Source: Phoronis australis
Taxonomy: Eukaryota > Animalia > Phoronida
DNA length: 64,000 nucleotides
NCBI GenBank assembly: GCA_002633005.1
Contig: NMRA01000053.1
Coordinates: 1,126,240-1,190,239, forward strand
Direction of reading: 5' to 3'
The notes under the pieces were generated by a model that had not been told where the DNA came from, ran no database searches, and was given only the letters and a program-made list of their open reading frames with translations. The position numbers and the translations under genes were made by a program. Positions 50,001 through 61,595 of this stretch are shown here, one piece after another (the stretch's first letter is position 1; every line of letters starts with the position of its first letter).

Positions 50001-53000
50001 CTCTATCTGGGCTGGGACACAATCAATACTACCCATTATATCTTTCAGGATCTCTATCTGGGCTGGGACACAATCAATTCTACCCATTATATCTTTTAGG
50101 ATTTCTATATGGGCTGGGACGTAATCAATACTACCCATTATATCTTTAAGGGTCCCCATCTGGGCTAGGACACAATCAATACTACCCAATCTTTCAGGAT
50201 CCCCATCTGGGCTGGGACACCATCAATACTACCCATTATATCTTTCATGCTATGAACATTCCCACTTAGTAAAATTGGTTCTAACCCCAGTGGATAAGGT
50301 AAACGGCGGGGTATGGATAATTGAACTAGACCGTATTTATCCACCTTGGCTGAGTCGCACTCGGCTCACGATCAAAGGGATGCCGCCAAGCTGCTCTAGT
50401 CATCGAGTCACGATCGAGGATAATTGGCTTCGCTCATGCGGATATGATCAGCTGATTACAATCTAGCTAGCAGACTGTACTTTTTATGGTGAGAGTTTTA
50501 CGTAGTTTTTACTGTAATATTTGAAAAGAGGAGCGAAAACAAATATGAGTACAACTTTGAATTTTTCAAATCGGCCCAGGATAAGAGATTTTGCAACACA
50601 GCAACACTCACGATTACTTTCATTCGGCGCGCACTAATACAAAAATATAGGACCCAAGTTATTTAGATTTTGGAACACATNNNNNNNNNNNNNNNNNNNN
50701 NNNNNNNNNNNNNNNNNNNNNNNNNNNNNNNNNNNNNNNNNNNNNNNNNNNNNNNNNNNNNNNNNNNNNNNNNNNNNNNNNNNNNNNNNNNNNNNNNNNN
50801 NNNNNNNNNNNNNNNNNNNNNNNNNNNNNNNNNNNNNNNNNNNNNNNNNNNNNNNNNNNNNNNNNNNNNNNNNNNNNNNNNNNNNNNNNNNNNNNNNNNN
50901 NNNNNNNNNNNNNNNNNNNNNNNNNNNNNNNNNNNNNNNNNNNNNNNNNNNNNNNNNNNNNNNNNNNNNNNNNNNNNNNNNNNNNNNNNNNNNNNNNNNN
51001 NNNNNNNNNNNNNNNNNNNNNNNNNNNNNNNNNNNNNNNNNNNNNNNNNNNNNNNNNNNNNNNNNNNNNNNNNNNNNNNNNNNNNNNNNNNNNNNNNNNN
51101 NNNNNNNNNNNNNNNNNNNNNNNNNNNNNNNNNNNNNNNNNNNNNNNNNNNNNNNNNNNNNNNNNNNNNNNNNNNNNNNNNNNNNNNNNNNNNNNNNNNN
51201 NNNNNATTATCATTTTATGGCCTGGTCATCCATTCAGCCAAAAGTAGTTCCAGAGGTGGCTTATCAGCCAATTATTCAGGCATGCTGACTCACAATAGAA
51301 GCCTGATAAGAGTGAAGGTGGATAAATGCGGTGTTCCTACAGTTTCTTGTTTTAGTGGATGTGTTCACGACATGCAGGATCCCCATCTGGGCTGGGACAC
51401 AATCAATACTACCCATTATATCTATCAGGATCCCCATCTGGGCTGGGACACCATCAATACCACCCATTATATCTTTCAGGATCCCCATCTGGACTGGGAC
51501 ACAATCAATACTACCCATTATATCTTTCAGGATCTCTATCTGGGCTGGGACGCAATCAATACTACCCATTATATCTTTCAGGATCCCCATCTGGGCTGGG
51601 ACACAATCAATACTACCCATTATATCTTTCAGGATCCCCATCTGGGCTGGGGTCATCATTACTGGTGCTGATACGTTTACCTTCCTGTTCTTGGAGAGTG
51701 CTGGCCTCCGTAAGTTGGAGGCTCTCTTCGGTGCTTTCATTACTGTAATGGCCGGCTGTTTTCTGTACATGGTATGTTGTGCAAAGTAGCTGTGTTTACT
51801 CTGGTTGTGGAATCTTTGTGAATGCACCCTGTATAATTGTATGTTGGGTTAGCCTTTGACCCTTTGAGTTAAAGCAATGTTACCCCTATTGATGACTTAC
51901 AAACACGAGGCATGGCTGTGATCTCTCTTCACTTCTCTACAGTCTGTGGTGTAATAATTAATATATTGCATGTTTTAATACTAGCGAATCATGAAGCAAG
52001 TTACTAGAATTTTTCTAAATGTGAACTGAAAATGACCCGAGTTCAGCGGTCCAAATGGTCTGTCTGGTCTTGTCTATAATTCATAATGACATCTCAATTA
52101 TGTTCATGAAGTTAACAAATTTCTCGATTCTGTGTTGTGTTGTTGTTGCGGTGCTCCGATCTGTCGCTTACACTGGCAATGTGTGTGGGCCTCTCATATG
52201 CATGTGGGTTGATCTGACACAATGACTGGTGACTGTTAAACGTTACAGTAAATTAGCTCTGTTGAAGTCGGGTTGACTTGGGGGCTTCCATGATAGGATC
52301 GGCAGCTCCTTATTGTCTTTGCAGCATTCTAGGATTTCACTGTCAAAGGCCGCGTTACTGTCAGGAACTTTTTTCTCCGGTTAAAAGACTAGATTTTTTG
52401 GAATAATTGTCTGGTCATAGTGTTTGGATCATGACCTGATGAGTTTTATGGTCCATAGATGCTCAGAACTGGAAATTTAGTCTGTATTAACATCCCATGT
52501 CTTCTGAAGACCACTCTGATTTGGTTATGTCATTCTGTCACAGCTTGCGTCAAGAAAAAATAAAAAATGCTCATCATTGACCTTCATGAGTGTACCATAC
52601 ACCTAATGCTCATTCTTCTGAGGATGCTGTAGTACCTGAAGATGGCCAGAGAAATGACTGACTGAAACATCGTCCAATTATGATTGGATGTGTCAGACTG
52701 GCTCAGCCCACCAACTGGACCTTAGTATTTCACGTTTGCTTTGTTCATTATCACGCTAGGAAGAGCTCATGAAGACTGATGACATACAATTTAGCTCAAT
52801 CTTAAGTCATATTTTTTCATGGGTTTGAAGAATATATTCACTGTAAGGGAGACAAAAATCACTTCAAAATTGAATGTTGAATATGGGACTTCCCTCAAAG
52901 TATTCTTGGAAGAAGGATAAACAAGCTTCTGAAACAGTAACTTCAATTTACATTTCTGAATTACTTAATCCATAGAGCTTGCTCTATTGGAAAAGTTGGT

Positions 53001-56000
53001 TACTATAACTACAAATAGTGGAGTTTGTGCAAATCATCACCATAACACTGTTCAGCTGAAAGTTGAGAGACAAAGATGTGTAGTGTTACCTGAATGAAGA
53101 TTAAACTAGTAAAATAATTTGTTAAAAACCTTGCCCATCTGAACAGCTTTGCATCCTTTTTAACTGTTCAGGTACAAAACCAATCGACATTCTATTGTGT
53201 TAGACCTTTCACTTTAGACCTGATGATCAGTTTAATTAGGTTTTGACAGATTTCGCTAACGTTTGAACTGCCATTGTTTCCTAATATCTTGTGTGCTAAA
53301 TTGTGCCAAACAGTTAAGTTTCTTATTTTAGGAGAACAAGTAACTGCTAAAAGAGACATTTATCATTTCTGCAATGTGACCCTGTCTAATTTTGGCAAAT
53401 AATGTTTAATGACTCTGGCACTATGCAAATTGACTGAACTTATGTTGTAGAATGATGGTATAGTTTAATATTATAAAAATCTCACTTAGACTATGTTGTG
53501 CCAAAAATCAAAATTAAAGAAGTTATAACATAGAAAGTAAAATAAACCCATGTGGTGTTTCATATTTTGATATAGCTAATGATTGCAACAGTTTAAATTA
53601 TTATTTTGATAGTAATTAAATGTAGATGGATTCCGATTTCAAATTCAAAGGATGCTAACCACGTGTACTTGTATTTGCTAGAGCTGTTTGTAAGCGTCAT
53701 TAATTTGACAGTTGTTTTTATTTCACTTTGATATTCCTAAATTAGTTGAGCCTGTAGTGGTCTTCTCCTTGTGTCACCAGTTTTCCTTGTAGTATATTAC
53801 AGTTGTGCCAAACCAAGGCGACATTCTGATTGGACTGTGGTTTCCGTGGTGTCAGGACTGCGACAAAAGTGCCATCCAGCAGCTAGTGGGCATTGTTGGT
53901 GCTGTAATCATGCCGCATAATATATATCTTCACAGTGCTCTGGTGTTGGTGTGTATCACGAAGCCACAATATTGACACAGTTGAGACAATATATTTTGTC
54001 AGAGCATTTCTTGTAAACATGGGGGTTGATGTTCATGCTTATAAAACCATGCATTACATTCTGTAATCATTTAATTATTATTAGGTGACTGAGTAAAGCC
54101 CTTGAGGCTGGGGTTGTGTGGTGAATATTATATATTTTAGATTTTGTATTCACTGGCACCCTTATGTCACTGTAATAAATAAATAATAATAATTCAGCAA
54201 GTTCTTTGATCTCTTGGGTCTGAGGATATCAATTTTGAAGGTCATAGCTGGCCAGGCATCTGTCTGGCTCGGCCTAAGCACTAGTGTTTGGTTAAGTGCC
54301 CACCTACTATTACACAAAATTTCCGTTTTAATTGGCCATCCCTCAGTTACACACCCCCCAGAATTCCAGCTGCTGTAACTTATAGAAAAATATTTAGATT
54401 ACACTCCTAAGCACCATTGAGCTCCTATTGGTCTAGACTTTATTTAAAAATTGTCTCACTTCAGATATAGTATACATGTGTGCTAACAAATACACGTTCT
54501 CTCATTTAGTCCCGGGACTTAAACAGAGGACAGAAAGACAAAATTGAGGAGGCTAATTTCTATTATGCCATTGAATCTGGTAAGTATTAGGAACTTTCTT
54601 TGATTGGAGGTTTCTTCTGTGCCAGGATAATCAGATGTTTACCAAAGTTGAACCTTGGCAAATTTTTTGATCTGTCGAAATGTGTCATTGTACTACATGC
54701 AGTTAGACTAGTCTTGTGTTGACCTTATGTATTGTCTCAGTTTTGCACTAAAATTTGGTCGTAGACCAGGGCCCAATCAGTTACATTTTGTAGTGGATCT
54801 CAGGTGTTATCAAAGATAGTTTAATGTCAGCTAGGTTGCAAAATGTTGTAAAAACATACTGACTAGTATAAAGTGCGTTATGTTGAACCTCTAATTGTCC
54901 TATTTGGTTTTTTCAGCCATTGCACTCTTTGTGTCGTTTCTCATCAACTTGTTTGTTGTCGCCGTGTTCGCCAAGGCTTTCTCAGCTGGATCGGGCTATG
55001 ATCCAGACTCGGCCAGTCTCAGTGTGGCTGTAAGTGTGCGTCAGACACAGACGCCCATTTGCGTTAAATACTCAGATGTGTATGGTGTAGATTTTCTAAA
55101 ATTAATCAACGGGCAGAGGATTACGGAAATCGTGCTAAGAAATGACTAATTTTAATTCGTTGTTATTTAAGTCCACTCCATTTCTGGCTTAGTAGGTCCA
55201 GTAGTGTCCAAACATAGACTTTTACAAAATTAATGCAGCCCTCAATCACACGACCAGTCAATCACTACTTACATGTACTTGAGAGGTATTGTCTCCACAT
55301 CCAGCCTCATGCATCATGTTTGGATTGTAAAAAGCATGGCACTTTCTTGTAACATCAAGTATCAAAACCAATGCCAGGCGACAATTTCTGCTTTTGATAA
55401 TATCTTCTGCTTTCCTTGCTCACATTTGTCTCTTTCCCGAACTTTTGAGTGGACTCACGAAATGTCGATTTCCGTGTTCTTTGACAGTTCTGGGTGAGCT
55501 GACTTGTGGACGAAGCAATCTTTCCACTAGTGACTGACTTCTTAAAAGTTATTAATTTTGATTAACACTAGGTTAATGCTAAGGTATGTTGAATTGTTTG
55601 ACTGAGCCATTCTCTAAATTCCGCATATGCACACATTTAGTCTGAAATGGGAAAACCTCACCAATTTTGGACAATATGACTGACAAGGAAAATGTATTTT
55701 TTCCTTCTTTTCTTATTCAAGTATACAGAATGAAAATTAGGCTTTGCCATGTTCAAGTTCTGCATCATTGTTACTAACGTACAGTGTTGTACAAATGTGC
55801 GACCATTCACAAAATTTTACGTGGGCAATAATGACTACTGTTCCAAACTGGGGGTGAGATTTTAGCGATACATATTTTGCTCTGCCTCCTAAGCATCACC
55901 AAGTATACTTAATTTTGTGTATGACTTGTACAGTGGCAGGTCATGCATTGAGTGTTTTGTGTATTTTTACCGGCCCTTTTACTTTAATTGTGACCAAAGA

Positions 56001-59000
56001 TGAAAACATGCAAAGTACATGTACAAAGCTGGGCTAAAGATTCTGAACAGATGTGAGCTAGTGTCGCTTGAAGTCAGAGATTATTGTTCAATTGTTTTTC
56101 ATTCTGGTAATTTTGGCAAAACATATGGGAATTTCTCTCACATGTCTTGCAATAATTAAACTCGTGGTGGACATTATCATTCATCCACGTAAATTTACTA
56201 GATGCGCAAAAGCGTTAATCAATTCTGGAACTTACAGTAAATGTTGCGGAGCCGCTTGGTTTCTTCTATTGGTTATTGATGACTGACAGGTTCCCATTGA
56301 TTACAGACTGAACCTATTAGCACTTATATCTGGATTTTCGAAATTGAATTACCACAGACTGTACAATAGTTTTCAAGAGAAAGGTTTGAATATTGACTGA
56401 ATTTCAAAAACAGATTGAAAGTTTTGTCAAATTTTGAATTATGAAATGATATTTTTTATCTGATTTCCTACTTGGTTTTTGCAATAACTTCCGACGAATT
56501 TTGATGATCTTCAAGTACGGATCTGGCACACGTGCCTGATTACTGCTCATGCAATACGTTCTTTGCTTTGATTCCGTGACGCATTTTTCTCTATGTTTAG
56601 GGAGAATGGATTCGCGCCAGCTTCGGTTATGGCATGATGATTGTGTGGGGAGTGGGCATCCTTGCAGCTGGGCAGAGCTCCACAATGACAGTAAGCAAAC
56701 TCTACTCTTGCTTATTTGTTACTTTCTCAATTGTTTTTATGAAAAAATCATTTTATTATTAGTATACGGTCCTTACGACAAATTTTGGTGAACTTGCATC
56801 ATGTCGTTAAACAATTAAATTATAATTCCTTCATTTTTTGTAATTTTTAAGTTTTGACTGAACGTATTTTGAAACTGGAGTGTACAGTATTATGTAGTTT
56901 TGTTATCATTTTCTTTCAGGGTACTTACGCAGGTCAGTTTGTGATGGAGGTTAGTAATTTTAAGATGATAGTAAACATTTTGCTATTCATACGAACTTGC
57001 ACCATAAAATTTTGCTGTCTTGTTTCGCTGGGCTGACCCGAAATTACTGGGCATCCATTTTTATGTTCCTGACAAATTCTAGTCGGGTTTGGTACAAGAA
57101 ATCACTGACCATCAATTTTTGGCAAAATGATTCATGATTCAGCTGTTATGTAAATTTTGTGCAAAGTGTGCATGTTTGTGGCTGATTTTATTTTAAGCAA
57201 AGCCATGTTGCAAGATGAAAAATGTCAACTCAGACTGGCTGACTATAGTGTACACTTTCAATAAAATCCAAATCTTTAGCTTGTCATTGTCAGAAAATGG
57301 GACACCAAGTTGCAGTGCAGTAACTCACATTGCCCTTATGTTAATTTGAACTTTCCAGGGTTTCATCAACATTCATTGGGCTAAATGGAAGCGCGTGCTG
57401 TTGACCAGGTCTATCGCTATGGTACCCACAATCCTCGTCGCCCTATTGGCTCATCAAAGTCTTGACCTTCTCAACAGTTGGTTGAACGTTCTTCAGAGTG
57501 TCCAGCTGCCATTCGCACTATTACCCATACTGCATTTCACAAACAGTGAGCGTGTCATGGGTGACTTTAAAAATGGGAAGTAAGTCAATAGCAGGCATTT
57601 AGGTAGGCCTATAACAGTTATTCAGCTCATGTAGTTAAGCCTTGGCGTATGATTTTTCATACGATTTGCCCTGCTGCTGTTACTCACATTGAGTGTGTCA
57701 ATAAAACTACGTCAATGGCATGCATTTTAGGCATTTTTGTCCTTCAGGATGTACTGTCATGCTTCTAATAAATATAAGGCAATCTGCTTTTTTATTGTTA
57801 GTTGTTCAGTACAGAGTTTCCATAAGAATTCTTAGCGACATTTAGTGATGGTGATAGTGGTAATGCTGACAGTTGATGGTGATGGGAACTGTTGCGGCCG
57901 TGGCAGCAAAGCTGACAGCATCCATCACCATAGTTACAGTTAAGTTCTCCTCTTTGGGATAGTAAAAATGTATTATTTTGCTCAGAGGTTATCCCAAATT
58001 CAAGAATAAATTACTGAAAAAATGGCCAAATTACCCACTCCGTGGATTGAAAACGCATTGTCTAAAATCTTCCGTGCCCCAAATTTCAGTAGGAGGAAAA
58101 TAATGTTTGAGTGAATTTCTGTGTCTCAAATTTTGTAAACTGTCTTAAATTTTGTAGACTGGCCCAAATTAGAGAACTTTCACTGTACGCGCTTTGTGGT
58201 GATTCAAATGGTAATGATATGCATATACATTTTTGTTTCAGAATGACCCAGGTGGTTGTTTGGTCACTAGCTGCTCTTGTCCTGGGAATCAATGTTTACT
58301 TAATATATTTATTTGCTGTAAGTCAACACAGCTTCTTTTCTACACACTCTACAGTACACAAACTGAAACCTTTGGAAACAAATAACCACAAACTATGGCA
58401 AAATCTCAATGATCTCGGATGAAAATCATTGCGAACATTGCTGCTGTTTTTTCAGTTTCTTAGCGCTCTATCAGTGTTTTGAATGTCAACGACTCAAAAT
58501 TATGCAGAACATTAAAAATTTAAAGTAAATCACTAAGTTTGTGCTACATAGTGTTAATGAAAAAATGAGAGAACTAAAATTTGGGACGACCTGTATTGCA
58601 TATTTCTAAAATTTGACACCAACCTCAAGCAAAATGATTGATTTTCAGCATGACAGTATTTCAGTTAATAATTTTCTTTGTTTTGCAATTAATATGATTA
58701 TGTTTTAGTTCTTGAATATATGATTTGTTTCAGTTTGCTGACAGTCAGGCTTGGTATGTTTACCTCATAGCTGGCATGGTCTTGTTTATTTACTTCCTGT
58801 TTGTTATTTACCTGGCAGTGGGTAACTCCAAAATATTGAAACTAAAGGTAAACACAGCTTGTTATAATTGCTCTATGTAACATTTGTCAGCTGCATTATG
58901 TCACCATGCAGTAATTAAATGCTGTTTACACTATCTTTATGAGAGACTGTTAGTTAAATATTGAGCAACCTTGTTCATTCAGGTAACAGAACAGTCAACA

Positions 59001-59941
59001 AAACCTATATCCATTTGAGCTCTACTTGATATTTCCAGTTTTGATACTAGATTTCAGCGATTTACTTTTCGATGCTTGCATTCATGTCTTAAAGCCTATG
59101 TTGAGTGACAGCGCAATCGTGCAGACTTGGGTCTTAAAACATCCCTCCAATCACTTCAAGACAATATTAGAACCTTGACACCTTGTATTTCTTCTGTACA
59201 AAAACCGCTGTCGCCAAGAAGCCTCCTAGAAGCTCACCATTTGCGGTGCAGTTGTGGGCACCTTTCAATGGTCCACAATGCTCTCGTTACTGGAAGAAGT
59301 GCAAATAAAAATAAACCAATAAATGTTGTTAGGTGTGTAGTTCCACGTTGTACTTCACTACCCTTGGTCAGCATTGAGTCGCTGTTTTGTCAGGGGCCCA
59401 ATTTATCAACAAGTCGAAATATTTTACAAACAATGCCCAGGTGTACTGGTGCTAGTCATTTACAGGGGTCCAGAGTTTTGAGATCCAATTTGATCCCCCC
59501 GTTATTCAGTTGTGGAAACTGGTTCTAAAATCAGAGGGTAATAACTCTGTAAGTGATTGTTATAATTTTACTTACTTTTGTAGGTTAAAAATGATCCTGC
59601 ACTGTCTGACTAGGGGTGCCTGACAAGCCAGTCCAGTTTGATCTTCATTAAAGTAGACTTACTTGCAAAATAATGAAGAATTTCATAAATTGTTCTCCAA
59701 TGCAGTTGTCATTGCTTCTTTCAATGTGTTCTTGAAGTTCAATCATCTTTATGCTTTTCAGATATGGTTGTGTACAAAGCTTGGCTGGGACAGTGCAACC
59801 TTGGAGGGCGAGCTAGAGGAGTTAAGATCGACCACGTACACGGACCTGCTCTCAGATGAAACTTACCGTCAGTTTGACTGTGTCGACGACAGCGGAGCTT
59901 TCCAGAGTTCTCCAGATGTGTTGGTGAACCAGGCTTGTTGA
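43915..59941 (+). CDS. NRAMP: NRAMP/SLC11 divalent metal (Mn/Fe) transporter, 559 aa; join(43915..44055,44402..44524,45361..45439,48132..48279,51633..51771,53793..53948,54510..54579,54917..55029,56601..56690,56920..56949,57359..57579,58242..58317,58734..58847,59762..59941)
   Basis: All GT-AG junctions are phase-compatible (1680 nt). Motifs [69 protein letters not shown] and [12 protein letters not shown]. Confidence 0.93.
44402..44524 (+). CDS. NRAMP: NRAMP exon 2 (TM1, DPGN)
   Basis: [34 protein letters not shown]. Confidence 0.95.
45361..45439 (+). CDS. NRAMP: NRAMP exon 3 (TM2)
   Basis: [27 protein letters not shown]|gtaagt. Confidence 0.93.
46738..46930 (+). repeat. Interspersed repeat shared with 22045-22305
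   Basis: Direct sequence similarity. Confidence 0.7.
48132..48279 (+). CDS. NRAMP: NRAMP exon 4 (TM3)
   Basis: [47 protein letters not shown]. Confidence 0.95.
49197..49850 (+). repeat. Degenerate tandem copies (about 55-65 bp) of the 5' part of NRAMP exon 5, split by a SINE
   Basis: About 7 copies resembling ATCCCCATCTGGGCTGGGGTCATCATTACTGGTGCTGATAC at ~49199-49352 and ~49667-49850. Confidence 0.8.
49514..49572 (-). mobile_element. tRNA-derived SINE head
   Basis: Reverse complement GTGGTGCAGCGGTTTGAGCGTTGGACTCTGG...GGTTCAAATCCTGG has A and B boxes. Confidence 0.55.
49850..50248 (+). repeat. 51-bp minisatellite (about 8 units) copying the NRAMP intron 4/exon 5 junction, array 1
   Basis: Unit GATCCCCATCTGGGCTGGGACACAATCAATACTACCCATTATATCTTTCAG; some units have small deletions. 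Confidence 0.9.
51378..51632 (+). repeat. 51-bp minisatellite (5 units) directly abutting NRAMP exon 5, array 2
   Basis: Units start at 51378, 51429, 51480, 51531 and 51582; the true exon starts at 51633 in register. Confidence 0.95.
51633..51771 (+). CDS. NRAMP: NRAMP exon 5 (TM4-TM5)
   Basis: [46 protein letters not shown]|gtatgt. Confidence 0.93.
53793..53948 (+). CDS. NRAMP: NRAMP exon 6 (TM6, MPHN)
   Basis: [23 protein letters not shown]...[21 protein letters not shown]. Confidence 0.95.
54510..54579 (+). CDS. NRAMP: NRAMP exon 7
   Basis: [23 protein letters not shown]. Confidence 0.92.
54917..55029 (+). CDS. NRAMP: NRAMP exon 8 (TM7 and short loop)
   Basis: [38 protein letters not shown]|gtaagt. 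Confidence 0.93.
56601..56690 (+). CDS. NRAMP: NRAMP exon 9 (TM8)
   Basis: [30 protein letters not shown]. Confidence 0.93.
56920..56949 (+). CDS. NRAMP: NRAMP exon 10 (30-nt microexon)
   Basis: tttcag|[10 protein letters not shown]|gttagt. Confidence 0.93.
57359..57579 (+). CDS. NRAMP: NRAMP exon 11 (TM9-TM10)
   Basis: [24 protein letters not shown]...[20 protein letters not shown]...MGDFKNG. Confidence 0.95.
58242..58317 (+). CDS. NRAMP: NRAMP exon 12 (TM11)
   Basis: [25 protein letters not shown]|gtaagt. Confidence 0.88.
58734..58847 (+). CDS. NRAMP: NRAMP exon 13 (TM12)
   Basis: [38 protein letters not shown]|gtaaac. Confidence 0.8.
59762..59941 (+). CDS. NRAMP: NRAMP terminal coding exon 14 (C-tail)
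   Basis: tttcag|IWLCTKLGW...NQAC TGA, phase 0. Confidence 0.7.
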   Translation: MWLCTKLGWDSATLEGELEELRSTTYTDLLSDETYRQFDCVDDSGAFQSSPDVLVNQAC

Positions 59942-60119
59942 GGCTTCTTTATATAGGGTCTTCCTGTTCTGATGTTCTGTTATGTGGCTCTAGTCTTGTT
60001 GAACAGTTATCATTGACACAGAGGTTGATAGATCATTAAGTTGTGTATACAATCGTGTTCTTATTGAGGAGAGTGTGGCTGGTGTTTATTTTTCGACGGA
60101 TCTGACTATTGCGTTGCTN

Positions 60120-60502
60120 AGTTCAATCATCTTTATGCTTTTCAGATATGGTTGTGTACAAAGCTTGGCTTGGACAGTGCAACCTTGGAGGGCGAGCTAG
60201 AGGAGTTAAGATCGACCACGTACACGGACCTGCTCTCAGATGAAACTTACCGTCAGTTTGACTGTGTCGACGACAGCGGAGCTTTCCAGAGTTCTCCAGA
60301 TGTGTCGGTGAACCACGCTTGTTGAGGCTTCTTTATATAGGGTCTTCCTGTTCTGATGTTCTGTTATGTGGCTCTAGTCTTGTTGAACAGTTATCATTGA
60401 CACAGAGGTTGATAGATCATTAAGTTGTGTATACAATCGTGTTCTTATTGAGGAGAGTGTGGCTGGTGTTTATTTTTCGACGGATCTGACTATTGCGTTG
60501 CT
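60120..60502 (+). repeat. 383-bp near-identical duplicate of 59736-60118 (includes terminal exon copy 60146-60325); probable haplotype or assembly artefact
   Basis: Separated from the first copy by a single N at 60119. Three substitutions seen. Confidence 0.85.
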
Positions 60503-61595
60503 CCTTGTGGCAATTATAAGTTTTCTTTACATCTGCCTTTGTCAATGTTTACCAAATTCTTAATGTGGATATTGATGAATTTGGCACACGGTTTCCTATT
60601 GATGAAAGGGCGACGGATGGTAATTTTTGGATGGATCTAGCTACTGTGGTTCCTCCTAGTGGCAAAAATATTCATTGCATCTGCCTTAATATATCCCAAA
60701 CTCTTGGATGGATCTTGCTTTAATTTACCCAATGTATTCCTAATAAGGAGATCACAATGGATGAACTCAACTATAGTGGAAATATTTGAAAAAATGAACA
60801 CTCCCTTTGTCTTTACCCTTTGTTGTGCACTATGGGTGGCTTGTGTATGGATTCTGTGCACTGCAGTAGTTTATGTCAAAGATCTGTATCATGTTGCAAC
60901 TATAGCAAATTCCGGTGAAGTTCTATCCACTGTGTCATTGCATGGTTGTTGCTTTGTTGAATTTTTCCTTTGTTCCTAGTTATTAATGTAGATTTGTGAC
61001 ATTCTTTTGTGTTTTTGAAATAATGATATTGTTAAAAATGCTGTGCCATATTTATGCAATGAATATTCATAATACAGTCTCATGGGTGTATTGAGTGAAG
61101 GAGTCATTGATAGCCAGTTTGTCAGTTACATATTGGTTGCCATTTGTGGCAGCTTTTCTAGTAGGGACTCGGCTTAGGTCTCCAAATCTACTGCATAACT
61201 GTGGACTTTTGAAAAAAAGGATAATCCTGTCTTACGTTGTTTAATTTGATATAAATGGAGAAGGACCTCTGCGTTGAATTTTCAATGTTACTGAAGATGT
61301 GACTTTTGTTGAGATCTTTTCATGCAGTGTTAAGGATTAAGTCCCTGAGTATTTTCATTTAACTAAGGGCTCAGTTTTTAGTTAATGTATTTTTTTAGAA
61401 AGTGTCAGTAGTCGAAGAGGAGTTGACATAAAAATATAAATATTGACGCTTTGGTGGCCAATGGTGAAATATACAAACACAGCTAGTCAAGTGCTCTTAT
61501 GATTGAGCTACTGAGGACCGATATATGTGCAATTACTGCTGCTCATGGGATCTATAACATGACAGCTGGCTGCAAACAGTAATTGCACATGTATC

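Noticed and set aside
49850-51632. 51-bp repeats as a CRISPR-like array; ORFs 50670-51671, 51276-51827 and 51359-51748 as genes
   Set aside because: No spacers. The alternative-frame ORFs arise from the 3n unit length and N runs; only the NRAMP frame has homology.
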